Shown piece after piece: positions 45,629-64,000 of a stretch of DNA of 64,000 nt. The notes beneath the pieces are model-generated. The model searched no databases. It was not told the DNA's origin and saw only the letters and a list, made by a program, of their open reading frames with translations. A program made the translations under genes and the position numbers. This stretch comes from the human T2T-CHM13v2.0 reference genome, Homo sapiens. Within the stretch, counting starts at the first letter, position 1, and each line of letters starts with the position of its first letter. The stretch covers positions 11,552,001 through 11,616,000 of the forward strand of contig CP068257.2 in NCBI GenBank assembly GCA_009914755.4. Direction: 5' to 3'.

Positions 45629-47343
45629 CGATAATGTCAGTATTTTACTTGGTTTGTGTAGCCATTTACATTTAATGTCAATATTGGTATTTCGAATTAT
45701 GCCTACCACTCTATCATGTATGTTTACTTTTTCTTCCCTTTGCTTTATTTTTCTGTTTCCCCTTCCCTGCCTTCTTTTGTTATTTGAACATTTTCAGTTT
45801 AACCAAGTTTGAGTTTTGCTGCTGCTACTTCTTTTATTTACTGCAGGCTTTGTATTGTTTTACAGGACTGTTGCCTTGTGCTCAAAGGGGTGGCTGAAGT
45901 GCCAGAGATTTTTGGTTTTCTGTTCTTTGTTTTTTTGTTTTTTTTCTTAGTGTTTGTGATGTACCTTCAACTTTCATAATCTCTGCAAACTGCACTACAG
46001 CAGGGGTCTCACTCCATACTACTGTCCTCCTCCCATACTGGTAGCCTGCTCTTACCTTTTGGATTCTGGGCTAGCGGTGGTGGCTGGCAAGGATTCACTC
46101 TTGTCCACATTCAGCCTCAGCTTAGACAGACCTTGCGTGCCAGGCTTCCTGGGGAGGAGGGAACTTTCTCAGCATTCTTACTCCTTCACCTCATGTCAGC
46201 CAGCTATGTCCTTGATCTGTGGTTGGTTCTTACAAGGTATTCTCTGATCCTACCCCATGATAGCAGACCTCGAATTGGTAATAGATAATAGATTCTGGGC
46301 CCAGGATAGTTTTTACAGGAATTTTTCTTCTGCTTTTTCCACAGTGAAAATGGGTCTTTGCCAGTGTCCTTAAAGTGTGGGTTGTTGTCCCTCCTCCAAG
46401 TGCTGTAGGTTTTTGATTCATAGGAGAAAAGACTCTAAATATAATTGTAGGAATTTGTATCTCCCAGGCCCCAGTAGCTACAGATCATTTTCTACAGTCT
46501 TGCGTCAGCAAGAAGAGCTCTCTTTGGTCTGTTCTGTTCCAGACTATCTCATAAATTACTGCAGGAGGTACTTTTAAAAGAGCTTGCAAGAGAGTATCTG
46601 GGCCCTCAATTATTTCATCCATACCTGAAAGCTAGCTCACCCTTGGCATTTAATAATTTTATAAAATTTCAGCTGATTTTTAAATTTTCTTTCATGGAAG
46701 CTGTTGAGTAGCCCCTTATTTCCCTAATTCTTTGACTCAGATAAGACTATTCTTCTGTTTTATCTCTTATTATAGGGGTATGTTCCTCTTTGGAATTTAA
46801 GTATTTTGGTTGCACTGCAACCTCAGGTATCTAATGTGCTCAAAAAAGTTATAATTTTATGGGTTTTTTTTTTTGCCTTTATCTCATTGTTAGAATGGGA
46901 ACAATGTTCTTTCCAGCTTTCTACATCTTAGCCAGAAACAGAAATATCTTCCCTTTGGTATGGCTCCACCTATTTGATATCAAGATAATTTAATAGTATG
47001 TAGCCACAGTGCACTAGGAAAATTAATTGGCTTTTACCAGCTTTCTGCTATAATGCCTTAACTTGAAGAAGTTAAATAATTTTGGAAAAGTCAGATATTG
47101 GGAACAATCAAATTTCGAATATACACATCCAATATAATCAGATAAGTAGAAAATAGTTAACATCAGCAATTAAATAAAGTCAGAAAATAGATCCAAGCTC
47201 TCATACATTTGTCTATCAAGATAAAAGCTTCAGGGGAATAGACAGCTTTTATCATAATAAACCATAAAGGTAAATCCCTCCTCCCTCATACACATTCTTT
47301 TTTTTTTTGGTATTGTGAGATTCTATTAGAAACGTTTTTCTGC

Positions 47344-48205
<862 letters not shown>

Positions 48206-49947
48206 CTTCTATTACAACTACTTTTAAGGTAATATATAACAATCAAACTAGAATCCAAACAACTATAATCTTAAACTAATGTACAAAGAGAGGGGACATT
48301 TACAATCTTTTTCATGGATAGCCAATCAATAAATCATCTGAACTCATGTCAATGGAGGCTTAGTTCAATTTTCCACACCTCATAGATACTCGAAACATAA
48401 TATCATCAAGTTGCAAATATTCATATAGAGGGTTGTTTATGCTCACTGGACTATGTTTAGGCAAGAAAAAATGTCTTGAGAAATTTTATAAACCATTTAA
48501 GCAATGTGTACAGGAATAAAATGACATTATCCACTAATGTTTAGTTTAACATAAAATTAGATTAACTAGAACATCCTATTCCCAAAGAAATTCAGTCAGT
48601 AATGGTTTTATAATAACAAGAATTAGAAATATTTATGAAAATTTCTTCTGAGAACGTCACTGAATTTTCATCTGTGTAACTTAAGTTATTCCTCCAAGAT
48701 CCCTATGAAGTAGGAAAATGTTTTATCATCACCATGTGACAAAGTACATGAGTAGTTAAGTATCTTACCACAGGATATTTTGGTAGAAAACAACATAATT
48801 CTATTTGTTCAGACATTTACATTTGAATTAATTTACAAATGCATGTAATAAACCAGCTAAGTCATTTTTATAACTCTGAAAATCCCAAGACTACAGTGCA
48901 TTTATACTGCTGGAGATTAGCTAACAGTTAAAGATCAGAAACAATCAATAAAAGAATCATTGTATAGAAAATACTATTGTGTAACTGTGCACACTTATCA
49001 GGGATTAACTCTTTCCTTAATCTTTAATAAACTTCATCTTAGAAAATACCTAGCCCGCATCTTTCTTCTTTCAACTGCATCCTTAACTTTATTTTCAGAT
49101 ATAAGTGCCTTATGAACAAACACTTGATTGTCCATTAAAACTGTCCTGCTCTTTTAAAATCCAGTTTAAACTCTTTTCTGAGTACCAAACTGATATCTTT
49201 GCCTGTTTTTATTTTGTTTTGTTTTTAAATGGAACAGAACACAATATCTTTTGGACAGCTACAATGCTTATTCAAAAGTAGTGTTGAGATGAGAAGTAAT
49301 CCTTTTTAATGTTTTACCAAAGAACTGTATTAATGTTATGCAGTGCTAATAACTGCTTTAATCCTTTAGATTTCTTTTAGCCAAAAACAGAGTGATGAGT
49401 TCCTCTATACTTAGTCTATAACTTTGTTTAATATTCTTTCAATAAACTTTTAAGAAATAATCTTAATTTTGAGAGTGTTGGTTGTTTTCTAACTGAAATA
49501 CATTGAATAAGTTATGAACAAATACCAGCCCTTTAGCTAAATAGTAGACATCTTTCTGGAAAGTGACACTGTTTCCTTCCTCTAAAGATAAAGCAAAATA
49601 ATGCATCGAATGTTACACCAAATACCTTACTAAAGAGTTTTACAGAGATATTTCCTGATGTCATAGGGAGGGCTTCAGCTTTTATAATAAAGAAGAATTT
49701 GGTTAAAATTCTAAGTTTACTTAGTCAAATGTGTGACCTGGATCCATGAGTCTCTTTCCGCATCTATAGGGTAGGGATTATAATGTATCATTTTAAAGGT
49801 AGTTGTCAAGAACCAATGTTTTAAATATTTAAATAGCCCTATAGAGAACGTGGAGCTTCATGAAAGAGAAAATATTTCTTTCTTTGTTTTCTATGCCTAT
49901 AGACTACTCAGACATTGAGTTTATGTATATTTTGTACTTACTATTGA

Positions 49948-50321
<374 letters not shown>

Positions 50322-52060
50322 AAAAGGAATTTTTAATGTTCAATAAAATAAAAAAAATACCCTGTTTCCAAGCCCTGTTTTCTAATAGATCACCCCTACA
50401 CTTTTAGAAATAGATTTCTAGCCTCCCAACCATTGTAATAGATGCAGAAGTTTCTATAAAATATTTAGACAATTATTTTAATCTTTGCTGAAACATTTCT
50501 AGTGATAGGTATAGAACCTCCAATCTTATTTATAGATTTAAATAATTTAGTCAATGTCTAAATCTCTATAATTGCCCAGTTTAAGTCTTATGGACCTTCA
50601 TAAACAAATTCTAATTCTCCTTTGTTGTGAGAATCTTTTAAAGACCATGTTCATGACCTATAGTGAATATGTTGTTCTTCTCTGCCCACATTCCCTTCTT
50701 GAACTGTTTTTCCTTCCTTCACTCCTTGCAGCCTTGGTGAGACTCTCTTGGTGGCCTGTGATTGGAGTGACCAGAAGTTAACACTCTGTCCCTTGTATAG
50801 TCATGATTCCAGGGGCTGGCACAAGAACAAAGCAAAATAATTCTTGGCCTTCATGGCTAAATAAGTAATGATCTCCCCTTTTTGCTTAAGATAATCTGAG
50901 TGGTATTCAGTTGCTTCATTAGCAATTAATGACTTATGAATATATTTTGTCTATATCTATACTTTGTCTCCTGCAGTACCTCAGGCTTATTAGGGTGGGG
51001 AAAAAACTCCGCCCTGGTAAATTTGTGGTCAGAATGGTTCTCTGTTCTTTAACCCTGTTTTCTGTTGTTTAAGATGTTTATCAAGACAATACGTGCACAG
51101 CTGAACATAGACCTTTATCAGTAGTTCTGCTTTGTCTTTGTCCTGTTCCCTCAGAAGCATGTGATCTTTGTTCTGCTTTTTGCCCTTTGAAGCATGTGAT
51201 CTTTGTACCTACTCCCTGTTTTACACCCCTTCCCCTTTTGAAACCGTCAATAAGAAACTTTCTGGTTTGAGCCTCAGGTGAGCATCATGGTCCTACCGAT
51301 ATGTGATGTCACCCCCAGCAGCCCAGCTGTAAAATCCCTCTTTTGTACTCTTTCTCTTTATTTCTCAGCTGGCTGACACTTATGGAAAATAGAAAGAACC
51401 TACATTGAAATATTGGGGTTGGGTTCCCCTGATATGCTAGTACCATTTATTAAATAGGGAGTTCATTCCCCATTGCTCATTTTTGTCAACTTTCTTGAAA
51501 ATCAGATAGATAGTTATAGGTGTATGGCTTATTTCTGGGCTCTCTAGTCTGTTCCATTGATCTGTGTGACTGCTTTTGTATCATGAGGTCCATGTTGTAC
51601 CAACAGTACCAAGCTGTTTTAGTAACTACAGCCCTGTAGTATAGTTTGAAGTCCGGGAAAATGATGCCTCCTGCTTTGTTGATTTTATTTAGGATTGCCT
51701 TGGATATTTAAGTTCTTTTCTGGTTCCATACAAACTTTAAAATAGTTTTTTTCTAGTTCTGTAAAAAATCTCATTGGTAGTTGGATACGAATAGTATTGA
51801 TTTTGTAAATTGCTTTGGACAGTATGACCATTTTAACCATATTAATTTCTTCCTATCCATGAGCATGAAATGTTTTTCCATTTGTTTGTTTCATCTCTGA
51901 TTTTTTAAGCAATGTCTGGTAATTCTCATTGTACTGATTTTTCAACTCCCTGGTTAGCTGTTCCTAAGAATTTTATTATTTTTGTGAGTATTGTGAATTG
52001 AATTGTATTTTTGACTTTGCTCTCAGCTTGGCTGTTTTTGGTGTATAGGAATGCTAGTAA

Positions 52061-52352
<292 letters not shown>

Positions 52353-52750
52353 TGGAATGCTAGTGATTTTTGTACATTGATGTATCCTGAAACTTTGCTG
52401 AAGTTGTTTATCAGCTGAGGGAGCTTTTGGGCTGTGACTATGGGGTTTTCTAGGTATAGAATCATATCTTCTGCAAATAGGGATAGTTTGACTTCCTTTC
52501 TTCCTATTTGGGTGTCGTTTATTTCTTTCTCTTGCCTGATTACACTGGCCAGGACCTCCAATACTTTGTTGAATAGGAGTGATGGAGAGGGTATTTTTGT
52601 CTCATGCCAGTTTTCCAGAGAAATGTTTCAAGCTTTTGCCCATTCAGTAAGATGTTGGCTATGGATTTGTCATAGATGGATCTTACTATTTTAAGGTCTG
52701 TTCCTTCAATAGCTAGTTTATTGAGAGTTTTTAACATGAATGAATGTTGA

Positions 52751-53143
<393 letters not shown>

Positions 53144-53847
53144 AAATCACATTTATTAATTTGCATATGTTGAACCAACTTTGCATCTCAGGGATAAAGC
53201 TAACTTGATCATGATGGACTAACTTTTGTTGTGCTGCTGGATGTGTTTCACTAGTGTTTTTTTGTTGAAGATTTTTTCATCAATGTCCATCAAAGATATT
53301 GGCCTGAAGTTTTCTTTTACTGCTGTGTTTCTGTCAGACTTTAATATCAGGATGATGCTGGCCTCAAAGAATAAGTTGGGGAGGAGTCCTTCCTTCTCAT
53401 TTTTTTCAAATAGTTTCAGTAGAAATATTACCAGCTCTTCTTTGTACGGCTGGTAGAATTTGTCTATGAATCTATCTGGTCCTGGGCTTTTATTTGGTTG
53501 GTAAGCTATTTATTACTGATTCAGTTTTAGAGATCATTGTAGGTGTGTTCAGGAATTTAGTTTCTTTCTGGTTCAGTCTTGGGAGGGTGTATGTGTCCTT
53601 TATCAGGACTTTTCATTAAGACTTCACTCACATGCCTGGTCTCTTAATGGGGCAGTTGAAGGCTGGCCTCTGATGAATGGGCTTCTGTCTCTCTAAATGT
53701 AGTCTTACAGCCTTTCCATAAAGTCCCCTTAGCAGAGAAGTCAGACTACCCTTTGAGTGCATAGAGACTGCATTGCAGCTTAGGTCTTCTATATATCAAA
53801 GCAGAAACTGCAAATCCTCTTTGAAACTAGATCTGAAACTGGCATAA

Positions 53848-54251
<404 letters not shown>

Positions 54252-54280
54252 AGAATTTACAGATATTTTTAAGCCACAGA

Positions 54281-54445
54281 ATGTTCATAACAGTCTTGTT
54301 CATAACAATAACATGAGAACAACTTAAATGTCCATCTGTGAAAAAAATATCATAGCTCACAAAATGCAACACTATATAACAGTGAAAATTCACTTGAAGG
54401 CATTATATGCTGTCAAACAGATGAATCCTAGGAACAATTTTGTTG
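54281..54445 (+). mobile_element. LINE-1 (old L1M) short sense fragment from the ORF2 C-terminal region
   Basis: aatgttcataacagtcttgttcataacaataacatgagaacaacttaaatgtccatctgtgaaaaaaatatcatagctcacaaaatgcaacactatataacagtg resembles L1M ...aatgttcatagcagcattattcacaatagccaaaa..caacccaaatgtccatcaactgatgaatggataaa. Confidence 0.5.
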
Positions 54446-54464
54446 TTGTATTTAATGTAAAAAG

Positions 54465-55800
<1,336 letters not shown>

Positions 55801-56865
55801 TCAATTAATCTTCAAGTTTTAGACTCTTTAAAAAAAAACATTCTTTTTGAGCCGTTAAGATATGCTTTGCAGAAGACTGGTACCAGCTGCTTGGAAATTT
55901 CCTCCTATATTCCTTCAGTCTTTGGTCATTTCTGCTCAGCTTCATTTATGTTCATGGTCTTATCATCCACCTCTAGAATGTTTTTAAAATCCTTCATACA
56001 TTGATGATATTTCTTATTTCTCTTCTCATCTGCATTTTATTTCACAGGGCTCTGTGATGATTGTGTGTGTATAGCTAATTGTCCTGTGCAATAGGTTTTA
56101 TGTATGCATTTTCTGAATTACAACCATGAGAATACTGGAGCCAAGATAATGGGATCCAAAATTGAGAAATCTCAATTCACATTGTTTTGGATTCCTTAAA
56201 AGGAAAGGACTTACTAAATGTTAGTAGTCTGTACACAATATTTATGCACGATTTGCTAGTTTTGAATTACAGAGAATGGCAGTCAAAAAAGAGGAACATA
56301 ATCTGTTTGCTATTTTGGTTTCTTCAAATATATGTTAAAAATTTTAAATGAACATTCTAATGATAAAATATTTTAATTTTAGAAGAGTGTTTTCTTGGGA
56401 CTTTTAGGCCCTATAATGTCTCTTGGAATTCAAAAGCTTTTGCATAACAATGTTTTGATGAGTTTAAGTATAAATGTAAATAAAAAAATAAGGATTAAAT
56501 TTTCTTTGACACACGTGAAAAGTTTGAGAAAAAACATGTTTGGCACATATGGTCTAGAGTCAGCAAAACAGGAACTATCAGCAACTTATCCCAAAGTAGT
56601 TCACAAAACACAAAATCCACAATAAAAGGTTATCCAATTCCCCCCACAAAAAAGAGGCCAAACATGTGTATTGTTAAATTAACAGAGGTAGATCCATATA
56701 TTTTATTTGTTTCCTTGGGAATATAGAATGTCTTAAAAGTTGAATCTCAATAAATCAGTTTTATGCAGTGTTCTGATATGTTATATTCATTTTGCTTCTA
56801 AAACCTTCTAGAATCCTGTATAAGACTAGTTAACCAATTGGGAACAATGTTAGCAAATATTTCCA

Positions 56866-56906
56866 CACACACACACACACACACACACACATGCACACAC
56901 ACACAG
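56866..56906. repeat. (CA)n microsatellite
   Basis: cacacacacacacacacacacacatgcacacacacacag. Confidence 0.95.
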
Positions 56907-57659
56907 AGATGACCAGAATTTTGCTTAAACATCTTTCTATTGCAGTCAAAACTATTCCTTCGTAGAGAAACTAATGTGTATATTTTTAATAACAGGTTTA
57001 TATTATTGAAATGACTGTCACACATGCTGACCCAGATGCTGTGGGGACAATAGCAGTCCTACAGTTGTACAGAAATTAGAAAGGAATGAAATATTTGATA
57101 TCAAATATGAACTTGGTTGTACTTGTTGTTGCAATAGATGAACTTAATTTGAAGCCAAAAGTGTATTTCAATTCCCTTATTTCCTAACACAAAGTAAAAG
57201 AGGCAGATAGATACTGTCATATAAGAACAAGATTGACCAAAATGGTCTTAACCAGAAGGGTTATGATAGTAAATTAAATTAAATGTAAACAACCAAATGA
57301 AACTGAATGTTCTGCCAGAAGCAGCAAAAATATATCTCAGAGTAATAAACCATAACATCTTCAGGAAAGTTCCCAGGGCAATAGTTTTAATTCTCCCAGC
57401 AGGTACTACCTATATTATAATAAAGGGTTATTTTCTAGCATGAAGTTTATAATTTGTAACTGCTAATGAATCAGGTTATATTTGCCAGTTTCATCCAGTA
57501 AGTTGCTGTTGTTGTTGCTGTTGCTGTTCTTGTTATTTTATGAACATAGCATTGGAGAGAGAAGTTAGAAAATGGGTGCTTATGACTAAAACACATTTTA
57601 AGGTCAGTTCACTTCAAGACAGCAAAATGGATTCAAGATCTTCTTTAAAATGAAGAATT

Positions 57660-58060
57660 GTTTTAGTCTGCTTTGCTGTTGCTATGACAGAATACCTGAG
57701 ACTGAAAAGAAGAGAAATTTATTTGAGTTCTAAAAAAAAAAAAAAAATAGTCGAAGTTCCAGGGGCTCATATCTGGTGAGGGCCTTCTTGCTGCATCATC
57801 CAAGAAGGCAGAAGGGAAAGAAAGGATATAAGAGCGAAAATGCAAAAGAGGGCCAAGCTTGCTTTTATAACAAGCCCACTCTTGCAATGATTAACCCATT
57901 CCTGTGAGACCAACATTAATCCATTGATGAGGTCTCTGCCCTCATGACCTAATCACTTCTTACTAGACCCTACTTTCCAATACCGTTGCATTAGGGGTTA
58001 AGCTTCTAACACATGAATTATGGGAGAGACATTCAAACCATAGCAGGAGTCTCTTTTTCT
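57660..58060. repeat. Unclassified interspersed repeat of the same LTR-like family as 2584-3350 (diverged copy, interrupted by an A16 run)
   Basis: gtctgctttgctgttgctatgacagaatacctgagactg...atctggtgagggccttcttgctgcatcatccaagaaggcagaaggg...ccattcctgtgagaccaacattaatccattgatgaggtctctgccctcatgacctaatcacttc...ccaataccgttgcattaggggttaagcttctaacacatgaattatgggagagacattcaaaccatagcag. Confidence 0.45.
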
Positions 58061-58184
58061 AATTATTGCCGATTTTCAAAAGTGAGGGCTATCTACCTTC
58101 TCTACAAACAGGAATTATAGACTTTAGACTGAACACGGTGTCACAAAATGTGCTGATCAAATGCTGTTCATATTAAAATCACTT

Positions 58185-58330
58185 GAGAGAAATGTTAAAT
58201 ATACAGATTCCTGAGCATCAGTCCAGGTTCAGCCAGATACTGAATCAGAATCTGCTGTGTTGGGGCTCAGGAATCATTAATTTGTAGAGCCACGTTTGGA
58301 AGCTACTGCCTTCAAAGACATAGGAAGGAG
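58185..58330 (+). mobile_element. Possible hAT-Charlie MITE fragment (MER5-like)
   Basis: cagattcctgagcatcagtccaggttcagccagatactgaatcagaatctgctgtgttggggctcaggaatcattaatttgtagagccac resembles MER5A ...ccccagacctactgaatcagaaactctgggggtggggcccagcaatctgtgttttaacaagcc. Confidence 0.35.
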
Positions 58331-59875
58331 GGACTTATCTCTTACTATTCCTCAGGATCTTTTCTGAATTTGCAGATATTTGGGGTAGGACAAACATCAC
58401 ATATCTTCAACGGAGAATTGTAGTATAAACATCAGGAACAGGTGCCTGCCCAAGATTGTCCTCTCCTGCCTAAATTTACTTGATGCTACTTATAATCCAG
58501 ATGCTTATGCAAAGATGCTTGTGGGTTTAGGAACCATTTATAGAGAACAAAGAGAAAGAACTAATATATAGAGAATACATTATGCATCAGATACTTATTA
58601 CTTTTATGTACCTTATATAAGTAAAACCTCCATCACACATACTACAATGCACCATTAGTATTACTCACATTGTACAAATGAGGATTTCAACGGAGAGAAT
58701 GAGACATTCAAACTAGGCCATGAGGCATGCAAATGGCACAGCTGGGATTCAAACTTAGCTCCAACTCTTCCAAAAATAGCAGGAGAGACAGAATCTGTTT
58801 GATTTCTTTTACCTTTCAATATCTACAATATGAATATACTGGTCAAATATAATGAAACTTCATTTATTAGATACAGTTGGGGGAGAGACAGGCAGATCTT
58901 TTCTAATACACTGGGAAATCTGAAATATGTGTTCACCGGAATAAGAGATCTGCATGATACCACAGTCTCCATCTGATGTAGTTTAATTTTAGGAAATGTA
59001 TGATCAATGTGTCAATGTTCTGATTCTCTCTTATTATGAATTTATCATAGTATTAATAGTTGAATCATTAAAATCCTAAGCCTTGATTTAGCATCTTGTA
59101 TTTATTAATCGCTTATAGCTTATTTCAAGAAAGCAAAGTGCTTCATTTATTGAAGAAAATCTACAAAACAGTTATTTTTTAAAATTGAAGATTGCAAAAT
59201 TGTTAAATATATAATATAGTTGTTGCCTTTATTTGCTTCTTCCATAAATGTGATTTTTATGAGATGTTTCATAAAAATATTCTGGAATTTGAAGCAAAGC
59301 CCTATATGTAGTTACAAGCAAGTGGAAGGCAAGATGTTTCAATAGTTTTGTACTCAGCCATTTATGACCAACTCCAACGGTCATTGCAATCTTGGCATTT
59401 CAGAGAAAAGGAAAATGTTTCTGTCCATACTGGCCCTTTACTTTTTCTAGTCATTTATTCAACAACATTGAACAAGTTGTTCAATGTTGATGAACATTGT
59501 TAATTAAACATTGAACAAGTAGCTATTGGCTTACTTGGAAAAAGCCTGGAGGTCAACTTTACACACTGGACTTCTATAAATTCTGTGAAAAGAAAAATCA
59601 GATCTCATTTATTTTAAGCTCAATTTCATCAATCACAGGGTCTGGCATGAAACTAAGGCTTTTCTAACACTCGGTAAATAAATGAGCAAGTGTGCTGGTG
59701 GGTCCTTCTGTGAATGGTATTTTTTTTCTGTTCATTCTATATATTCCACTCTTCACAATTCCCAAACAAGAGACGTTACTTCCCCCTTTTGAATGAGTCA
59801 ATGCAATGAGATATCACTTCATAAAATAACCTTGAAGACAAATTTAAATGTTCTTTCTTTTAAAATGTAGATATC

Positions 59876-60211
<336 letters not shown>

Positions 60212-61004
60212 AAAATGTAGATATCACAGGGGGAAAAAGGGCAGTATGAAAAGTCCTAGGCCCTTCGGATGAAAATGAGGATAAGATAATATGAAATACC
60301 TGAACAACTTGCTTTTTCAATGGGGACATAATCACATCATAAGATGCAGATGTGTTTTCAGTTGTTGTTTTGGTTTTTGACATGTGCAAAGAACACACAG
60401 GCACCAGGTAAAATAACCATAACTGCTACTTAATATAAACAAATCCATTTTCTGTCTCTTCTTCCTTTAATTACATTATTATCCATTGGTCAAAGCAATA
60501 TGAACCAATTCTAGTAGAAATTACATTGAAAGCTCCAATGAAATGGGATTTTCTTGGGAGTCACCCAATAAATAGATTTTCTGAGCAGAGGTTTACACTT
60601 ATGTATGGTACTAATAAAGATTATCTGCAATAAGATTGGCAATGACAAATTGCCTACTATAGTAATAGTTTCATTATATAGAATTATTACTTGGAAAATT
60701 AATTTTAATTGAAAACAATTTATCTGAGTTGTAGAAGTAAAAAGATTCTCCCAGCAGAATTTATACCTGCTGTGTCTACTTAACAGTGATTATTTCCCTA
60801 ACTTTCTATTGACTCAAGGCTTTCTGTGCTCTATATTTTCCTCATGCATATAAAATTATTTCCACAGATAGGAACACAGCATTTCTTTGCATTTAATCTT
60901 CTTTCATAACCAAATTACCATATGAAACTTCTATATCTGCATCTCACTTGGGAAAAAACTGGTACTTGCAAGAAAGTTTATTGGCAATAAAAAGAATGTA
61001 TTTA

Positions 61005-61011
<7 letters not shown>

Positions 61012-61035
<24 letters not shown>

Positions 61036-61036
61036 G
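61012..61036. repeat. (CA)n microsatellite
   Basis: cacacacacacacacacacacacgc. Confidence 0.95.
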
Positions 61037-61525
61037 CAAAAATTCAGAATAAAGTCATCTCCTGATAGCTTCTCCTATTTACAATATTTGTTCAAGGAAT
61101 GAAAACTACATATTCCTTATTAAAAATATTTTTCCTCCATTATGATTTGAAATTGTCAAATAAGAGGAGTGGTCAAATCCCAAATCAAAAATTCTTTTTG
61201 AACTGCACCATTTCTCCCTGATTAAGTATTTAATCCTCACCTAAAGGTCTCTCTGAAGTTGAGGTCTTGAAAAATTCCTTCTTGGTGTATCTTCCAAATG
61301 GAAATGCACTGGTAAAGCTTTCATGCAAAAAGAACACATTTGGAATTACATATCTGATTCATTGCTACAGTTTACAACTAGAGCCTAGGAGTTTCCACTG
61401 AAAACTGAGATAATCACTCATGGTAATTTAAGAATCGTAACTTTTCTGGATGTTTCCTACTACCATCATATTTGTAGAAAATAGGAAATACCTGTTTTAA
61501 GAAGATTCCACAGAAATGTGTTTAA

Positions 61526-62262
<737 letters not shown>

Positions 62263-62640
62263 ACTGCAATCCCTCTTCCCAAAAATCCCCACTTTTCCCA
62301 CTTTCTGAATGAAGCTCACACAGCAGGTTGGCATTTAAGACATGCTACTATCTGGAAAAAAACCCTCAATTTTACCACATATCTATAGCCTATAGATTAA
62401 CTGGATTATTATTATTAATCAATTTTTAAGCCCACCTCATTGAATATATGAGACTCTCAAGATTAGAAGATAGGATGGCATTCTCTAGGAAAACTGTCCT
62501 CTGTTTCAAATAACACACCAATTTCAAGATCTTCCTGATTCCATCAGTTACCTCCTTTTTCCATCAACTGTCTGTGTGTTTCTTCTTTCCTTGGATTGAA
62601 GATATTTACATTTCTGATTTTCATCAATATGTTATAATCA

Positions 62641-62943
62641 TTTTTTTTTTCCGAGACAGGGTCTAACTCTGTTGCCCAGGCTGGAGTGCAGTGGTAAGAT
62701 CTCAGCTCACTGCTACCTCCACCTCCTGGGTTCAAGCAATTCTCCTAGCCTCAGCCTCCCGAGTAGTGAGGACTATGGAGCATGCCACCATTTCTGGTCT
62801 GATATATGTATTTTAGTAGAGACACAGAGAGATGGGGTTTTGCCATTTAGGCTAGGCTGGTCTCGAACTCCTGACCTCAGGTGATCCGCCTGCCTCAGCC
62901 TCCCAAAGTGCTGGGATTACAGGTGTGAGCCACCAAGGCTGCC
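62641..62943 (-). mobile_element. AluS-type SINE with target-site duplication ttataatca
   Basis: ttttttttttccgagacagggtctaactctgttgcccaggctggagtgcagtggtaagatctcagctcactgctacctccacc...ggattacaggtgtgagccaccaaggctgcc; flanks gttataatca / cttataatcatttt. Confidence 0.9.
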
Positions 62944-63310
62944 CTCTTATAATCATTTTGATATGCATATTTCCTTCAAAATTTATGTTAATGGAACTGA
63001 ATTGCTTGTAAATCATGAATGAATGGCTTGTAAAATCATCCCACAGTGAAATATTCATTGGAATTTTTTTTCTGTACTGACTCACATCTGGGTAAGAGAA
63101 GTAGAAACAGTCAATTACATGGATATTTTATATGCATATTATCAAATAAAATTATATTTAAAAAAATAGCATATTTGATATCACATATACATATATTAAG
63201 CCAGGATAACTTTAAGAAACCTTTATTTCAGTTTCTTTAGATACCAATTATCGTTACTCTTTATCTCATTTATCTGAAGAAAATGCACATGAGGCAGAGG
63301 AATCTCTCCT

Positions 63311-63574
63311 CCCTATTACAGGGGAAGCAAGCAAGAAACACATTTTGTTCTTGTGAAAGACTTAATGGGAGAAAAAAACAGAGGATGGAAAGCCCTAATC
63401 TGACCTGCAAACAAAAAAGTCCTTTGAAAATAATGAAGTAAGCCCTGTTACAGGGGAAGCAAGCAAGAAACACATTTTGTTCTTGTGAAAGACTTAATGG
63501 GAGGAAAAAACAGAGGATAGAAAGCCCTAATCTGACCTGCAAACAAAAAAGTCCTTTGAAAATAATGAAGTAAG
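63311..63574. repeat. Perfect-period tandem duplication, 2 x 132 bp, about 97 percent identical
   Basis: Unit ccctattacaggggaagcaagcaagaaacacattttgttcttgtgaaagacttaatgggagaaaaaaacagaggatggaaagccctaatctgacctgcaaacaaaaaagtcctttgaaaataatgaagtaag repeated immediately as agccctgttacaggggaagcaagcaagaaacacattttgttcttgtgaaagacttaatgggaggaaaaaacagaggatagaaagccctaatctgacctgcaaacaaaaaagtcctttgaaaataatgaagtaag; reflected in the internally repetitive ORF 63270..63542(-). Confidence 0.95.
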
Positions 63575-64000
63575 TAATTTCCTCCCCTCTATTGGCAATG
63601 CCATCTCAATCTCTAAGAATTTCCTATTCACTCCTTGACCTTTCCAAAGAGGTCATCACCAAAGGAAATGTCTTACTTCAAGAGTAACAACAGACTTTAA
63701 AGATCTTAAACAATTTCAGAGTATAGACCTTGTTAGATCCTGTTCTCTTGAAGGGGAAGAGTAAGCAAGGGTTTTTTGCCAAAGAAATAACTTTTCAATG
63801 AATTTCAAAGCACTTGTGTGTGTTCTGAAAGTATAGAGCTGGACTCTATATAAATTCTAACATGTCAATATATTTTACATTGCCTGTATCTTGAAATAAT
63901 ACTTTAGCTACTGAGGATTGTCATTTATTGATAAGGCTATATCTGATTTAGGAATTTAGACTATTAAAAAAATAGAAGAAATGTTGAGCTGAAAAAACTA

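Overview
This window is primate, almost certainly human, non-coding genomic DNA. It is AT-rich and heavily loaded with interspersed repeats, and it is not a prokaryotic locus. I recognise about 30 Alu copies, several of them AluY-like with intact target-site duplications. Old and intermediate LINE-1 fragments (L1MA, L1PB and L1PA types) lie mostly on the minus strand, several carrying nested Alu insertions. A near-complete THE1-type element (MaLR family) with both LTRs sits at about 18.1-20.2 kb, and an MLT2-like solo LTR at about 29.4-29.9 kb. There is also one MIR, one Tigger-type DNA-transposon derivative and a number of microsatellites. I found no convincing protein-coding exon, RNA gene or CpG island. 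The ORFs in the six-frame track are translations of Alu sequence, L1 ORF2 remnants or low-complexity repeats. I see no evidence for a novel biological system. The more interesting observations are structural: an inversion within one L1PB insertion consistent with twin priming, a rearranged THE1 5' end, two small tandem duplications, a duplicated Alu-plus-flank segment, a CpG-retaining candidate solo LTR, an unclassified GC-richer 1.4 kb block, and young AluY insertions that may be polymorphic. All coordinates are approximate (about +/-10 bp). Repeat family names are recalled from memory of consensus sequences and should be confirmed with RepeatMasker or Dfam.
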